The translations under genes and the position numbers were made by a program. Shown one piece after another: positions 18,069 to 27,190 of a stretch of DNA of 64,000 bases. Each line of letters opens with the position of its first letter. Position 1 is the stretch's first letter. Below the pieces are notes generated by a model. That model was not told the DNA's origin. It saw nothing but the letters and a program-made list of their open reading frames with translations, and searched no databases. This DNA is from Candidatus Saccharimonadales bacterium (lineage in GTDB: Bacteria > Patescibacteriota > Saccharimonadia > Saccharimonadales > UBA4665): positions 829 through 64,828 of the forward strand of contig DASZUB010000034.1 in assembly GCA_035547815.1 (NCBI GenBank), in the 5' to 3' direction.

Positions 18069-18357
18069 AAGCAATATAATCATGTTGGTTGTCGCCGTGG
18101 CAGCGGGCTTGCTCATAACCTTCGTTAGCTTTTTTTACGACCACATTACCCAGAAAGAGCATTGTTCCGACACTCCGGCCATAGATAACGTTATAGATTG
18201 CACTTTACAGCTTGATAACATGGGTTTGCCATTCGCCTATGTGGTTACGGACCTCCCCAATGATGATTTTCGGGTACCAGCCTTTGTGGCGGATGTTGCC
18301 ATATGGTCGGTGGTATCCGGAGCGTTACTGTATAGCGTGAGGCGGTTAAAGACATGA
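18061..18357 (+). CDS. small membrane protein (98 aa) between the transketolase subunit genes
   Basis: ATG 18061 overlaps the tktN stop, and ATGA at 18354-18357 overlaps the tktC start. It has N- and C-terminal hydrophobic helices. Confidence 0.55.
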   Translation: MNKSNIIMLVVAVAAGLLITFVSFFYDHITQKEHCSDTPAIDNVIDCTLQLDNMGLPFAYVVTDLPNDDFRVPAFVADVAIWSVVSGALLYSVRRLKT

Positions 18358-19331
18358 CGGTGATGAATCTGGTGGACATTTCCGGTAAGCTGGAATCGGA
18401 GCCGATCCGCAAGGGCTTCGGACGCGGGTTGTTGGAAGCAGGCAAGCGCTGGCCCGCGGTGGTCGCGGCCTGCGCCGACCTGACCGATTCGACGCAGATG
18501 AGCCTGTTTGCCAAAGAGTTTCCTGAGCGTTATGTAGAGATCGGCGTGGCCGAGCAGAATCTGGTGACGACCGGTTCCGGTCTGGCGGCGATGGGCAAGA
18601 TTCCGTTCGTGTCGTCATACGCCGCGTTCAGCCCCGGACGCAATTGGGAACAGATCCGCACGACCATCTGCCTGAACGACCGACCGGTCAAGATCGTCGG
18701 TTCGCATGCCGGCGTCAGCGTCGGACCGGACGGCGCCACGCACCAGATGTTGGAAGACATCGCCCTCATGCGCGTGCTACCGAATATGGTGGTAATCGCG
18801 CCGTGCGACAGCGTGGAAGCCGAGAAGGCTACTCTCGCTATGGCTACCGACAAGCGCCCGAACTATATGCGCTTGGCACGCGAGGCGACGCCCGTCTTCA
18901 CGACCGCTGATACGCCGTTCGAGATAGGCAAGGCCTATGTGTTCGCCAAAGGCGCAGATGTATCCATAATTACAACAGGCACGATGACGTATCAGGCGCT
19001 GGCTGCCGTTGACAGGCTTTATAAAGACGGCATCGAAGCCGAAGTCGTGCATGTGCCGACAATCAAGCCGCTGGACACGGAAACTATCCTGAAAAGCGTC
19101 CGCAAGACCGGCGCCGTGGTCACCGCCGAGGAAGGACAGATAATCGGTGGCCTAGGCGGAGCGATCGCAGAGCTGCTGGCCGAAGAATTTCCGGTGCCGA
19201 TGCGAAGGATCGGCATGCGCGACCGCTTCGGCGAATCCGGCGCGCCAGACCAGCTATTAGAGCACTTCGGCCTCGACGCCAAACATATCCGTTTGGCAGC
19301 CCACGCCGTGACCGAAAAGCGCAAACGCTAG
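18354..19331 (+). CDS. tkt: transketolase, C-terminal (pyrimidine-binding) subunit
   Basis: It has EIGVAEQNLV and GPDGATHQMLEDIALMR motifs. Confidence 0.92.
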   Translation: MTVMNLVDISGKLESEPIRKGFGRGLLEAGKRWPAVVAACADLTDSTQMSLFAKEFPERYVEIGVAEQNLVTTGSGLAAMGKIPFVSSYAAFSPGRNWEQIRTTICLNDRPVKIVGSHAGVSVGPDGATHQMLEDIALMRVLPNMVVIAPCDSVEAEKATLAMATDKRPNYMRLAREATPVFTTADTPFEIGKAYVFAKGADVSIITTGTMTYQALAAVDRLYKDGIEAEVVHVPTIKPLDTETILKSVRKTGAVVTAEEGQIIGGLGGAIAELLAEEFPVPMRRIGMRDRFGESGAPDQLLEHFGLDAKHIRLAAHAVTEKRKR

Positions 19332-19720
19332 AAACTGGATAGGACGGCGCCAAGATACTGGAAGGGACGGGTTTCACCTTTGAATAGGTGGAAGTCCACG
19401 GGCGCTCCGGCCACTTCCGCCTCAATCGGCACGCTACTATATGTAATAATTTTTGGCGTCAGCTCAAGGCCTCGTAAACGTTCGACGATAATCTTCGCGT
19501 CGTGGTAATCCTCAACGCCGTTCCTGATGTTGGGGTCGAGAATAACCGCGTCGACTTCTGCGAAACCATCTCTCATAAGAGATATGACGTGAAGCGCTCC
19601 GCCGAATGACCGAGCTTCGGAAACAACTTCGTGGCCACCGGCCGGATGGTTCACGGCACCTCTCATCAAGTCCTGCGTTTCGCGTTCGTGCTCAAACAAC
19701 GCTACTCTCATCGAACCCAT
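19328..19720 (-). CDS. hypothetical protein, possible stand-alone CheY-like receiver domain
   Basis: 130 aa with an AGGAGA Shine-Dalgarno. The alternating beta/alpha pattern and an AVILDPN segment resemble the phospho-acceptor region. This is a weak call. Confidence 0.35.
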   Translation of the reverse strand: MGSMRVALFEHERETQDLMRGAVNHPAGGHEVVSEARSFGGALHVISLMRDGFAEVDAVILDPNIRNGVEDYHDAKIIVERLRGLELTPKIITYSSVPIEAEVAGAPVDFHLFKGETRPFQYLGAVLSSF

Positions 19721-19759
19721 CGGCTATCTCCTATATTTCATATACCGTATCATAGTGGT

Positions 19760-19788
19760 TTGTCCTTGCAAGCATAAGGGTTTACAAT
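19760..19788 (+). promoter_or_regulatory. promoter TTGTCC-N17-TACAAT, 10 nt before the fba ATG
   Basis: -35 at 19760-19765 and -10 at 19783-19788. Confidence 0.45.
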
Positions 19789-19798
19789 TTATACGGAT

Positions 19799-20716
19799 AT
19801 GCCACAAACACTTCAACAGATGAGACGGAATTGCGCCCGGGCCAGGGAGCGTATGGCGCAGGCTCGTGCCGAGCATTGGGCCTTCGGCGCTTTTAATTTG
19901 GACGATGAAGCTACGCTGCGGGCGGTCGCGCAAGCGGCGCAGAAGAAGCAGGCGCCGGTCCTGGTCGAGGTCAGCCACGGCGAAGTTACCGATATAGGCA
20001 TAGATAACGTGCGCGACCTGGTCGACAATTTCAAGGCCGAGTACGGCATCGAAATTTATGTCAACCTGGACCACAGCCCGAGCGTGGAAGCTGCCAAAGA
20101 CGGCATCGAGGCCGGCTTCGAGTTCATCCATATCGATCTCAGCCAGGCCAAGCATGACGCCACTGACGAAGAAATTATCGAAGCCACCAAAGAAGTCGTG
20201 GCTTATGCCAAATTGACGGGCGCATTGGTAGAGGCAGAACCGCATTATTTTGCTGGTAGTTCCAACTTGCATACCGAGAAGATAGATTACGAAGAGATTA
20301 AAAAGACCTTCAGTACGCCCGAGGGCGCGCGGCATTTCGTGGAGGCTACTGGTATCGATACGTTCGCGGCCGCTATCGGCAACCTGCATGGCAAATACCC
20401 GGTGCCGAAGATACTGGACTTGGAGCTGCTTCGGCGTATCCGAGAGACGATCGATTGCAACATAAGCCTGCACGGCGGCAGCGGCACTCCAGGGCATTAC
20501 TTCCAGGACGCGGTCAGCATCGGCGTCACGAAGGTCAACATTAACAGCGATATGCGTTTTGCTTACCGGCAGGCTCTTGAGAAAGTCTTACAGGAAAATC
20601 CCGATGAAATATCGGTGGCGAAACTGATTAGCAAAGAGGTAGTGCCGGCCGTCCAGGCCGTCGTCGAGAGCAAGATAGACGACTTCGCCAGTGCCGGCAA
20701 AGCCCTAATGATATAA
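19799..20716 (+). CDS. fba: class II fructose-bisphosphate aldolase
   Basis: NLDHS and SLHGGSG motifs of class II aldolases. Confidence 0.9.
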   Translation: MPQTLQQMRRNCARARERMAQARAEHWAFGAFNLDDEATLRAVAQAAQKKQAPVLVEVSHGEVTDIGIDNVRDLVDNFKAEYGIEIYVNLDHSPSVEAAKDGIEAGFEFIHIDLSQAKHDATDEEIIEATKEVVAYAKLTGALVEAEPHYFAGSSNLHTEKIDYEEIKKTFSTPEGARHFVEATGIDTFAAAIGNLHGKYPVPKILDLELLRRIRETIDCNISLHGGSGTPGHYFQDAVSIGVTKVNINSDMRFAYRQALEKVLQENPDEISVAKLISKEVVPAVQAVVESKIDDFASAGKALMI

Positions 20717-20728
20717 TTTAAATTGCTT

Positions 20729-21700
20729 ATGGACAAAAACCAAAAACCTACGATTTATACCGTTGGCAAGGCCACGCAAGACGTTTTCTTGCGGAGTCGG
20801 GAGTTCGACCCTAAGACAGAGGGCAAAGTTGCCTACACCCATTTGCCCCTGGGCGCCAAACTGGATGTCGAAGAGGCGTTTTTTTCGACCGGCGGTAACG
20901 CTACCAACGTGGCGGTCACGCTGGCTAGGCAGGGCCTGGACGCACATTTCGTATGGGCGCTGGGTGAAGATCCGGCCTCTAACACCATATTGAGCGACAT
21001 GAAAGCCGAAGGGGTTCGCACGGACCTGGTTGAGCGGAAAAGCGAGTACCGGGCCAGCTTCTCGACCATACTATTGTCTCCGGACGGCGAGAGGACGATC
21101 CTGAACTATCACGGGACTGTCATGGACGAAGGTTCCTTTAGCGAGGCACTGCGTAAGATTGATAGAGCGGATTGGCTGTATCCTTCCTCGCTTGGTGATT
21201 ATCACTTGCTGACCATGCTTATCCAAAGGGCCAAGGAGCTGGGCGCCAAGGTGATGCTCAACCCCGCCGCCAGCGAATTGTCTCAGCCGGAAAAACTGCG
21301 GCACATACTCAAAGAAATCGAGGTGCTGTGTTTGAACAAGGAAGAGATACGGTCGCTTGTTGGAGAGGGCAGTCTCGAAGAATTGGTCAAGAAAGGGCTG
21401 GAGCTTTGTCCGGTCGTGATCGTTTCCGACGGCCCGAACGGCGTCTGCGCGTCGGACGGCAAAACCATAATTAAAGCTGGTATGTACGAAGATGTGCCGG
21501 TAATCGATCGCACCGGCGCCGGCGATGCTTTCGCCTCCGGATTTTTGAGCCGCTGGAGCCGCGGCAGCAGCCTGCGCGAGGCGGTGATATTCGCCAGCGC
21601 CAATTCGACCTCTGTAGTCAGCAAAATCGGCGCCAAGGCCGGTATTCTGCGAGCGGACGCGGAACTTCATGATATGCCACTGGAGGAAAAAGATGTCTGA
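20729..21700 (+). CDS. PfkB-family carbohydrate kinase (ribokinase-like)
   Basis: DRTGAGDAFASGF signature. An alternative TTG start lies at 20723. Confidence 0.85.
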   Translation: MDKNQKPTIYTVGKATQDVFLRSREFDPKTEGKVAYTHLPLGAKLDVEEAFFSTGGNATNVAVTLARQGLDAHFVWALGEDPASNTILSDMKAEGVRTDLVERKSEYRASFSTILLSPDGERTILNYHGTVMDEGSFSEALRKIDRADWLYPSSLGDYHLLTMLIQRAKELGAKVMLNPAASELSQPEKLRHILKEIEVLCLNKEEIRSLVGEGSLEELVKKGLELCPVVIVSDGPNGVCASDGKTIIKAGMYEDVPVIDRTGAGDAFASGFLSRWSRGSSLREAVIFASANSTSVVSKIGAKAGILRADAELHDMPLEEKDV

Positions 21701-22697
21701 CAAGCCACGAGTGCTGGCGATCGGCGATATCGTCACCGACGCTTTTATAAAACTATCCGAAGACTACGCGCAGTCATATACGGATGAAAAGGGCTACAAG
21801 CGTTTGAGTTTCGAACTCGGTGACAAACTGCCATATGACAGCGTTGAAATCATCCAGGCGGTAGAGTGCAGCCCGAACGCCGCCGTGTCGATGAGCCGCC
21901 TGAGATTGGACGTCAGCCTGATGTCGTGGCTCGGCGATGACGGGCCGGGCAAAGATATGGTCAAGTATCTCGACGAACAAGGCGTCGGCACTGACGATCT
22001 AGTAGTAGAAAAGGGCAAAAAGGCCAATTACCATTATGTTTTGCGTTATGGCGGCGACCGGACAAAGCTTCAGCGCTTCGAGGATTACGCCTACGAATGG
22101 AAACCTCCTAAACATCGTCCGGATTGGATATATTTGGGTGTTCTCGGTGAAAAAACATGGCCTCTTCACGAAGGGATTTTGCGGTACTTAGTGGATAATC
22201 CGGAGATCAAGCTGGCTTTCCAGCCTGGTATGTACCATCTGATGTGGGGCGCTGAGAAGATGAAGGATTTCTACAAACGGGCCGAAGTGGTCATCATGAA
22301 CCGCGAAGAAGCCGTGACAGTCACGGACGGGAATCACGGCAATATAAACGACCTGATTGATAAATTGCATGCCCTGGGGCCTAAGATCGTCGTGGTGACC
22401 GACGGACCGGAAGGCGCTTACGCGTCTGATGGCCGCGCCAGGCTGAAAATGCCCCTGTACCCGGATCCGGGCCCGCCGGTAGACCGTACCGGTGCCGGCG
22501 ACGCCTTCGCCTCCACTTTCGTCGCCGCGCTCATAAAAGGCAACACTATCGAGGGGGCGCTGCAATGGGCGCCGATTAATTCTATGGCCGTCTGCCAAAA
22601 AGTCGGTGCCCAGGCCGGCCTGCTTACCGAAAGGCAGCTGGACTTTTACCTGAGGCATTCCCCCAGACACTACCAGCCGACACCGCTGGACGGTTAG
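21693..22697 (+). CDS. PfkB-family carbohydrate kinase (second, tandem copy)
   Basis: DRTGAGDAFASTF signature. GGAGGAAAA Shine-Dalgarno. The ATG overlaps the upstream stop. Confidence 0.85.
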   Translation: MSDKPRVLAIGDIVTDAFIKLSEDYAQSYTDEKGYKRLSFELGDKLPYDSVEIIQAVECSPNAAVSMSRLRLDVSLMSWLGDDGPGKDMVKYLDEQGVGTDDLVVEKGKKANYHYVLRYGGDRTKLQRFEDYAYEWKPPKHRPDWIYLGVLGEKTWPLHEGILRYLVDNPEIKLAFQPGMYHLMWGAEKMKDFYKRAEVVIMNREEAVTVTDGNHGNINDLIDKLHALGPKIVVVTDGPEGAYASDGRARLKMPLYPDPGPPVDRTGAGDAFASTFVAALIKGNTIEGALQWAPINSMAVCQKVGAQAGLLTERQLDFYLRHSPRHYQPTPLDG

Positions 22698-22785
22698 CTT
22701 TGTTCCGCATGCCTCTTGTGCTAATCTGTAGGTAGCCAGGTTGTTTAACCATGAACAGGTCAAATAAAAACCACAGGTGGGTAAT

Positions 22786-24033
22786 ATGACGAAATTCCTT
22801 TCGCGGGCTTTACAGGCGCCGGAACCGTTTTTCCGGCAGGCTTTGACGCGCTTGGAATCGGCCAATGCCCACCCCAATACCGATATCCGTTTTTCTTCAG
22901 AAGTCAGCCGGGCGTCCAAAGATAAGCTACGCGAACTCGGCTTGGATCCGCAAGATACTACGCCGGAGGAGCTTTATCACGCCTTGCAAGAACGCGTTAA
23001 ATCCGACGACGCTAAGCTGAACCGTACTTTACGCACCCTGGCGGCCACACATGTATCGGCCGAAGCTGATGTCGTGGCCGGCATGATCCACGCGCTCAAA
23101 CAGCTGCCCGACTCAAAACGCTGCTTCGCTATCAAGCCGAGCGCGCTTAGGTCGGTCCTACGGCAAGTGCCGCCGAAGAAAGCTATGAAGCGCCTAGGCT
23201 ACCGGTCGCTGGACTCATTTATCAAGCATGAGACGCCGGTGTCCATCTTGGCCGCCGCCCGCTTGAGTGAAGATGCTAACTGGCATAAACGGCTGCTTAA
23301 CCGCTATAAAAAACTTAGTGCCAACGACTTTGAAAGCCGTGGCATCCAGCTGGTTGAAATGGACGCCGAACGATGGCGCGGGCTGGCCGACGATACAGTA
23401 AATAACAAGCGCCACAATCTGATTTGCCTGAAAGAATTGGGCGCTCTGGTGTTCTTGCCGCTGCCCGAACACGCTCCGCAGGGTTCGACGATGGCTAGCT
23501 TGTCGCTAGCACTCCATGAACTTAATGAAATCCGCGCCGCCAGCACGTTTCTGAAGCTTTGCCAGGTCCGCCCGGACTTTGGCGACGTGGCGCAGCAAGT
23601 TGCCGCTGGTGACGAGCCGCACTTGGAATCGCCACTGCTGGACCAGGTAACGCCTTGGCGGCTCATCCAGCATTATTACTCCGGTTTGACGCGTCGGATC
23701 AGGGAAGAGGTGGCCGAACCGCACCTGCAGCTCGAAGATATAGCCTGGCATCCTATCGAGGAATCCTTGAGTGCTATAGAGCCGCGTCTGGATTTTTGGC
23801 ATAATTCTTCGTATCTGGGCTTGCTGCATTCGGATGGTCCGGTGTCTATGAACGTGGTTGATGCTGCCTTGGGCGTCTGCAACCGTCTGTCTTTCGAGCG
23901 CCGGCTTAGCAATTACTTCCAGCGCACGCTCAAACATGAGCTGATGCTGCGCTACTTGCAGCCGGATACCGTCGAGCGGGCCATAACGGCCCAAGTCCAG
24001 CCACAGCTGGCGGAGGAGATGGTTACGGTATGA
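22786..24033 (+). CDS. hypothetical protein (415 aa), no recognisable family
   Basis: AGGTGGG Shine-Dalgarno before ATG 22786. The stop overlaps the next ATG (ATGA at 24030-24033). Confidence 0.7.
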   Translation: MTKFLSRALQAPEPFFRQALTRLESANAHPNTDIRFSSEVSRASKDKLRELGLDPQDTTPEELYHALQERVKSDDAKLNRTLRTLAATHVSAEADVVAGMIHALKQLPDSKRCFAIKPSALRSVLRQVPPKKAMKRLGYRSLDSFIKHETPVSILAAARLSEDANWHKRLLNRYKKLSANDFESRGIQLVEMDAERWRGLADDTVNNKRHNLICLKELGALVFLPLPEHAPQGSTMASLSLALHELNEIRAASTFLKLCQVRPDFGDVAQQVAAGDEPHLESPLLDQVTPWRLIQHYYSGLTRRIREEVAEPHLQLEDIAWHPIEESLSAIEPRLDFWHNSSYLGLLHSDGPVSMNVVDAALGVCNRLSFERRLSNYFQRTLKHELMLRYLQPDTVERAITAQVQPQLAEEMVTV

Positions 24034-24674
24034 CGCCGGATCAGGACAAAAAGAAGGTCATGCGCTATTCTATCTGCGTATCTGGTGCGGCTTCCGGCGA
24101 AACCGTCAAGCAATCATCGCGATTGGCTTACGAAACCGGCGCGGCCATTGCCCATAGCGGCCATATTTTGACCACCGGCGCCACGGTTGGACTACCGTAC
24201 CAAGCGGCTATGGGCACTCGCGAAGCGGGCGGTATGAGCATAGGCTTCTCGCCGGCTGTCAGCTTGCGCGAGCATCTTAGGAAATACCGTTTGCCCAGCA
24301 ATTGCTACGATTTCATCAATTTTACCGGTCTTCATTACGTCGGCCGCGACTTGTATCTGGTGCAATCCAGTGATGCCATAATCACCATCGGCGGCCGCTT
24401 CGGCAGCTTGCACGAATTTACTTCAGCGCTTGAAGCGCACAAACCGTGCGGCATTTTGACCGATAGCGGCGGCACGGCCGATCAGATACCGAAACTGGTC
24501 GAAGCGCTGGAACTGCCAGATGACAGCCTGGTGCTATATGACAATAATCCCGAACGGCTGATCAAGCGGATAATCAAGATCCTCGATGAAAAAAATGCCG
24601 ACATAATCAATCAGTTGAAGCACCACGACCAGCAGTGGTTTATCGGTGACCCACCGCGCCCTCACAAGGGGTAG
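24030..24674 (+). CDS. TIGR00725 / LOG-like (SLOG superfamily) Rossmann-fold protein
   Basis: ICVSGAASG glycine loop, TTGATVGLP, and GGRFGSLHEF (degenerate PGGxGTxxE LOG motif). Confidence 0.65.
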   Translation: MTPDQDKKKVMRYSICVSGAASGETVKQSSRLAYETGAAIAHSGHILTTGATVGLPYQAAMGTREAGGMSIGFSPAVSLREHLRKYRLPSNCYDFINFTGLHYVGRDLYLVQSSDAIITIGGRFGSLHEFTSALEAHKPCGILTDSGGTADQIPKLVEALELPDDSLVLYDNNPERLIKRIIKILDEKNADIINQLKHHDQQWFIGDPPRPHKG

Positions 24675-24703
24675 TTGACAGCGTCCGTATCTTCATTCAC
24701 AAT
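24675..24703 (+). promoter_or_regulatory. promoter TTGACA-N17-CACAAT upstream of the pilin gene
   Basis: -35 at 24675-24680 and -10 at 24698-24703. Confidence 0.45.
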
Positions 24704-24735
24704 GACAATGAACTTAAACATAAGCAGGATATAAA

Positions 24736-25197
24736 ATGCTAAAGACAAAAACGAACCAGAAAGGCTTCGCCGCCGTCGAGGCCATATTAATAGTGGTGAT
24801 AATAGCTATTGTCGCCGGCACGGGTTATTACGTATACCACACCAATAAAAAGAGCAGTGACACGCTAGACACCTCTTCCAAAGTCGCCCAAAGCTCGCCG
24901 GGCAAAGTTACCAAGAAGAAAACTACGGCCAACACGAACCGGGACGCCATATTAGCTGCCATAAAAGTTTACGAAACATCAAAAGGTGCTTCAGCTAACA
25001 CGACCTACACGATAGGCGCCATAGTCGGCTCAAATGCCAGGGGTGAAGTCCAGCCAGCTTCCGGAGACCCGAGCGATTATATTGCTCACAATAGCAACGG
25101 CAGCTGGCAAATCGTTTACAGCGGTCATCTGCCTCCGGGCAAAGCTATCGGTACGCAGTACGGCCTGCCTACCAGTTGGTACGCCTCCAATCGCTAG
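24736..25197 (+). CDS. type IV pilin-like protein (prepilin N-terminal cleavage/methylation domain)
   Basis: QKGFAAVEAILIVVIIAIVAG matches the G/F-x-x-x-E prepilin leader plus a hydrophobic helix. Confidence 0.8.
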   Translation: MLKTKTNQKGFAAVEAILIVVIIAIVAGTGYYVYHTNKKSSDTLDTSSKVAQSSPGKVTKKKTTANTNRDAILAAIKVYETSKGASANTTYTIGAIVGSNARGEVQPASGDPSDYIAHNSNGSWQIVYSGHLPPGKAIGTQYGLPTSWYASNR

Positions 25198-25225
25198 CAT
25201 TTAGAATACTTGGTACAATTAAAGG

Positions 25226-27190
25226 ATGGCCAAGTTCCATCTGAAATCAGACTATAAGCCGATGGGCGACCAGCCGACGGCTATTGCCCAGCTGTCCAAG
25301 GGCGTTGCCGATGGACTGCGTGACCAGACACTGCTTGGAGTAACAGGTTCCGGTAAGACCTTTACCATGGCTAACGTCATCCAACAGCGTCAGAAACCTA
25401 CGTTGGTGCTGAGTCACAACAAGACGCTGGCCGCCCAGCTTTACACGGAATTCAAGAACTTTTTCCCGAATAATGCCGTCCATTATTTCGTCAGTTACTT
25501 CGACTATTACCAGCCGGAAGCATATATTCCCCGCAGCGACACCTATATAGAGAAAGATAGCCAGATAAACGAAGAAATCGATCGGCTGCGTCACGCCGCT
25601 ACCGACGCACTGCTTAGTCGCCGCGACGTCATTATCGTGGCCAGCGTCAGCTGTATCTACGGAATCGGCTCGGTCGAAGATTACAATGACCTGTCGGTCA
25701 GCTTGAAGGTTGGCGAGCGTCGTGTGCGCGACAAGCTGCTGCGTCAGCTGACCGACATCCAGTACCAGCGTAATGATATAGATTTCCATCGCAGCACCTT
25801 CCGGGTCCGCGGCGATGTCGTCGATGTCTTCCCGGCAGGTGAAGAGTTGGCTTACCGTATCGAATTTTTCGGTGACGAAGTTGAGCGGATCACCCGGATC
25901 GATCCGCTGACCGGCGAGATATTATCCAAGCTTGACCAGTACAAGATTTTCCCAGGCAGCCACTACGTGACGCCGCAGGAAAAGCTGAAGATAGCCCTAG
26001 GGCAGATCGAGCATGAGCTGGCTGATCGACTGAAGAAATTCAAGAAAGAAGGCAAACTGCTGGAAGCCCAGCGCCTGGAGCAGCGGACCCGATTTGATCT
26101 GGAAATGCTGGAAGAAACCGGTTTCGTGAAAGGCATTGAAAACTATAGCCGCTATCTGACGAACCGCGAGCCAGGCGAGCAGCCGGCCACGCTGCTCGAC
26201 TACTTCCCGGATGATTATCTGATGTTCATCGATGAATCGCACATGACCATTCCGCAGGTCCGCGGCATGTATAACGGCGACCGGGCCCGTAAAGAGGTGC
26301 TCGTGGAACATGGCTTCCGCCTGCCCAGCGCGCTCGATAACCGGCCGCTGACTTTCACGGAGTTCGAACGCCATGTCAACCAGGCGGTTTATGTCAGTGC
26401 CACGCCGGCCGAATACGAACTGTCACGCTCGCCGAAGCCGGCGCAGCAGGTTATCCGGCCGACCGGTCTTTTGGATCCGAAAATTGATATCCGACCGATC
26501 GATGGACAGATCGACGACCTCATTGCCGAGATCCGCTCAACCATCGATAAGCACCAGCGCGTGTTGGTCACCACCCTGACCAAGCGCATGGCCGAAGACT
26601 TGGCCGAATATCTGCAGGAAATCAATATAAAAGTGGCGTATCTGCACAGCGATATCGATACGCTGGAGCGCAGCGACATCCTGCGCGATCTGCGGCTTGG
26701 CACTTACGACGTCTTGGTCGGCATCAACCTGCTCCGTGAGGGGTTGGATTTGCCGGAAGTCTCACTGGTAGCCATTTTGGATGCCGACAAAGAAGGTTTT
26801 CTACGGTCCGAACAGGCTCTAATACAGACCGTCGGCCGGGCGGCCCGCCATGAACAGGGCCGCGTGCTGATGTACGCCGATCATATAACCGACAGTATGC
26901 GCCGCACCATAGATGAGACCTCCCGCCGCCGTGAAATCCAGGAAAAATACAATAAGGAGCACGGTATAAAACCGCAGGGCATCAAGCGCGCGGTTGATAA
27001 GGGGCTCAGGCCGGAGCTGCCGGAAGAAGCCAAACGCGCCAAGCTGGACCTCAAGAAGATTCCAAAAGATGAATACGGTTCGCTTATAAAAGACCTGACT
27101 TCCCAGATGGATCTGGCCGCCGCCAACTTGCAGTTCGAAGCTGCCGCCGAGCTGCGCGACCTGATCGACGAAATCAAGAAAAAGGCCTAG
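25226..27190 (+). CDS. uvrB: excinuclease ABC subunit B
   Basis: GVTGSGKTF Walker A, helicase motifs, and a C-terminal UVR domain ([11 protein letters not shown]). Confidence 0.97.
   Translation: MAKFHLKSDYKPMGDQPTAIAQLSKGVADGLRDQTLLGVTGSGKTFTMANVIQQRQKPTLVLSHNKTLAAQLYTEFKNFFPNNAVHYFVSYFDYYQPEAYIPRSDTYIEKDSQINEEIDRLRHAATDALLSRRDVIIVASVSCIYGIGSVEDYNDLSVSLKVGERRVRDKLLRQLTDIQYQRNDIDFHRSTFRVRGDVVDVFPAGEELAYRIEFFGDEVERITRIDPLTGEILSKLDQYKIFPGSHYVTPQEKLKIALGQIEHELADRLKKFKKEGKLLEAQRLEQRTRFDLEMLEETGFVKGIENYSRYLTNREPGEQPATLLDYFPDDYLMFIDESHMTIPQVRGMYNGDRARKEVLVEHGFRLPSALDNRPLTFTEFERHVNQAVYVSATPAEYELSRSPKPAQQVIRPTGLLDPKIDIRPIDGQIDDLIAEIRSTIDKHQRVLVTTLTKRMAEDLAEYLQEINIKVAYLHSDIDTLERSDILRDLRLGTYDVLVGINLLREGLDLPEVSLVAILDADKEGFLRSEQALIQTVGRAARHEQGRVLMYADHITDSMRRTIDETSRRREIQEKYNKEHGIKPQGIKRAVDKGLRPELPEEAKRAKLDLKKIPKDEYGSLIKDLTSQMDLAAANLQFEAAAELRDLIDEIKKKA

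Noticed and set aside
19724-20497. A 257-aa minus-strand ORF antisense to fba. Similar long antisense ORFs occur at 21071-21736, 22188-22919, 30051-30785, 35937-36839, 40368-41123, 47841-48716, 52406-53170 and 62722-63486.
   Set aside because: Each lies fully inside a confidently identified gene on the other strand (fba, pfkB, gatB, dnaE, pilB, pepN, the surface protein, PBP1A). None has a recognisable motif or a ribosome-binding site.
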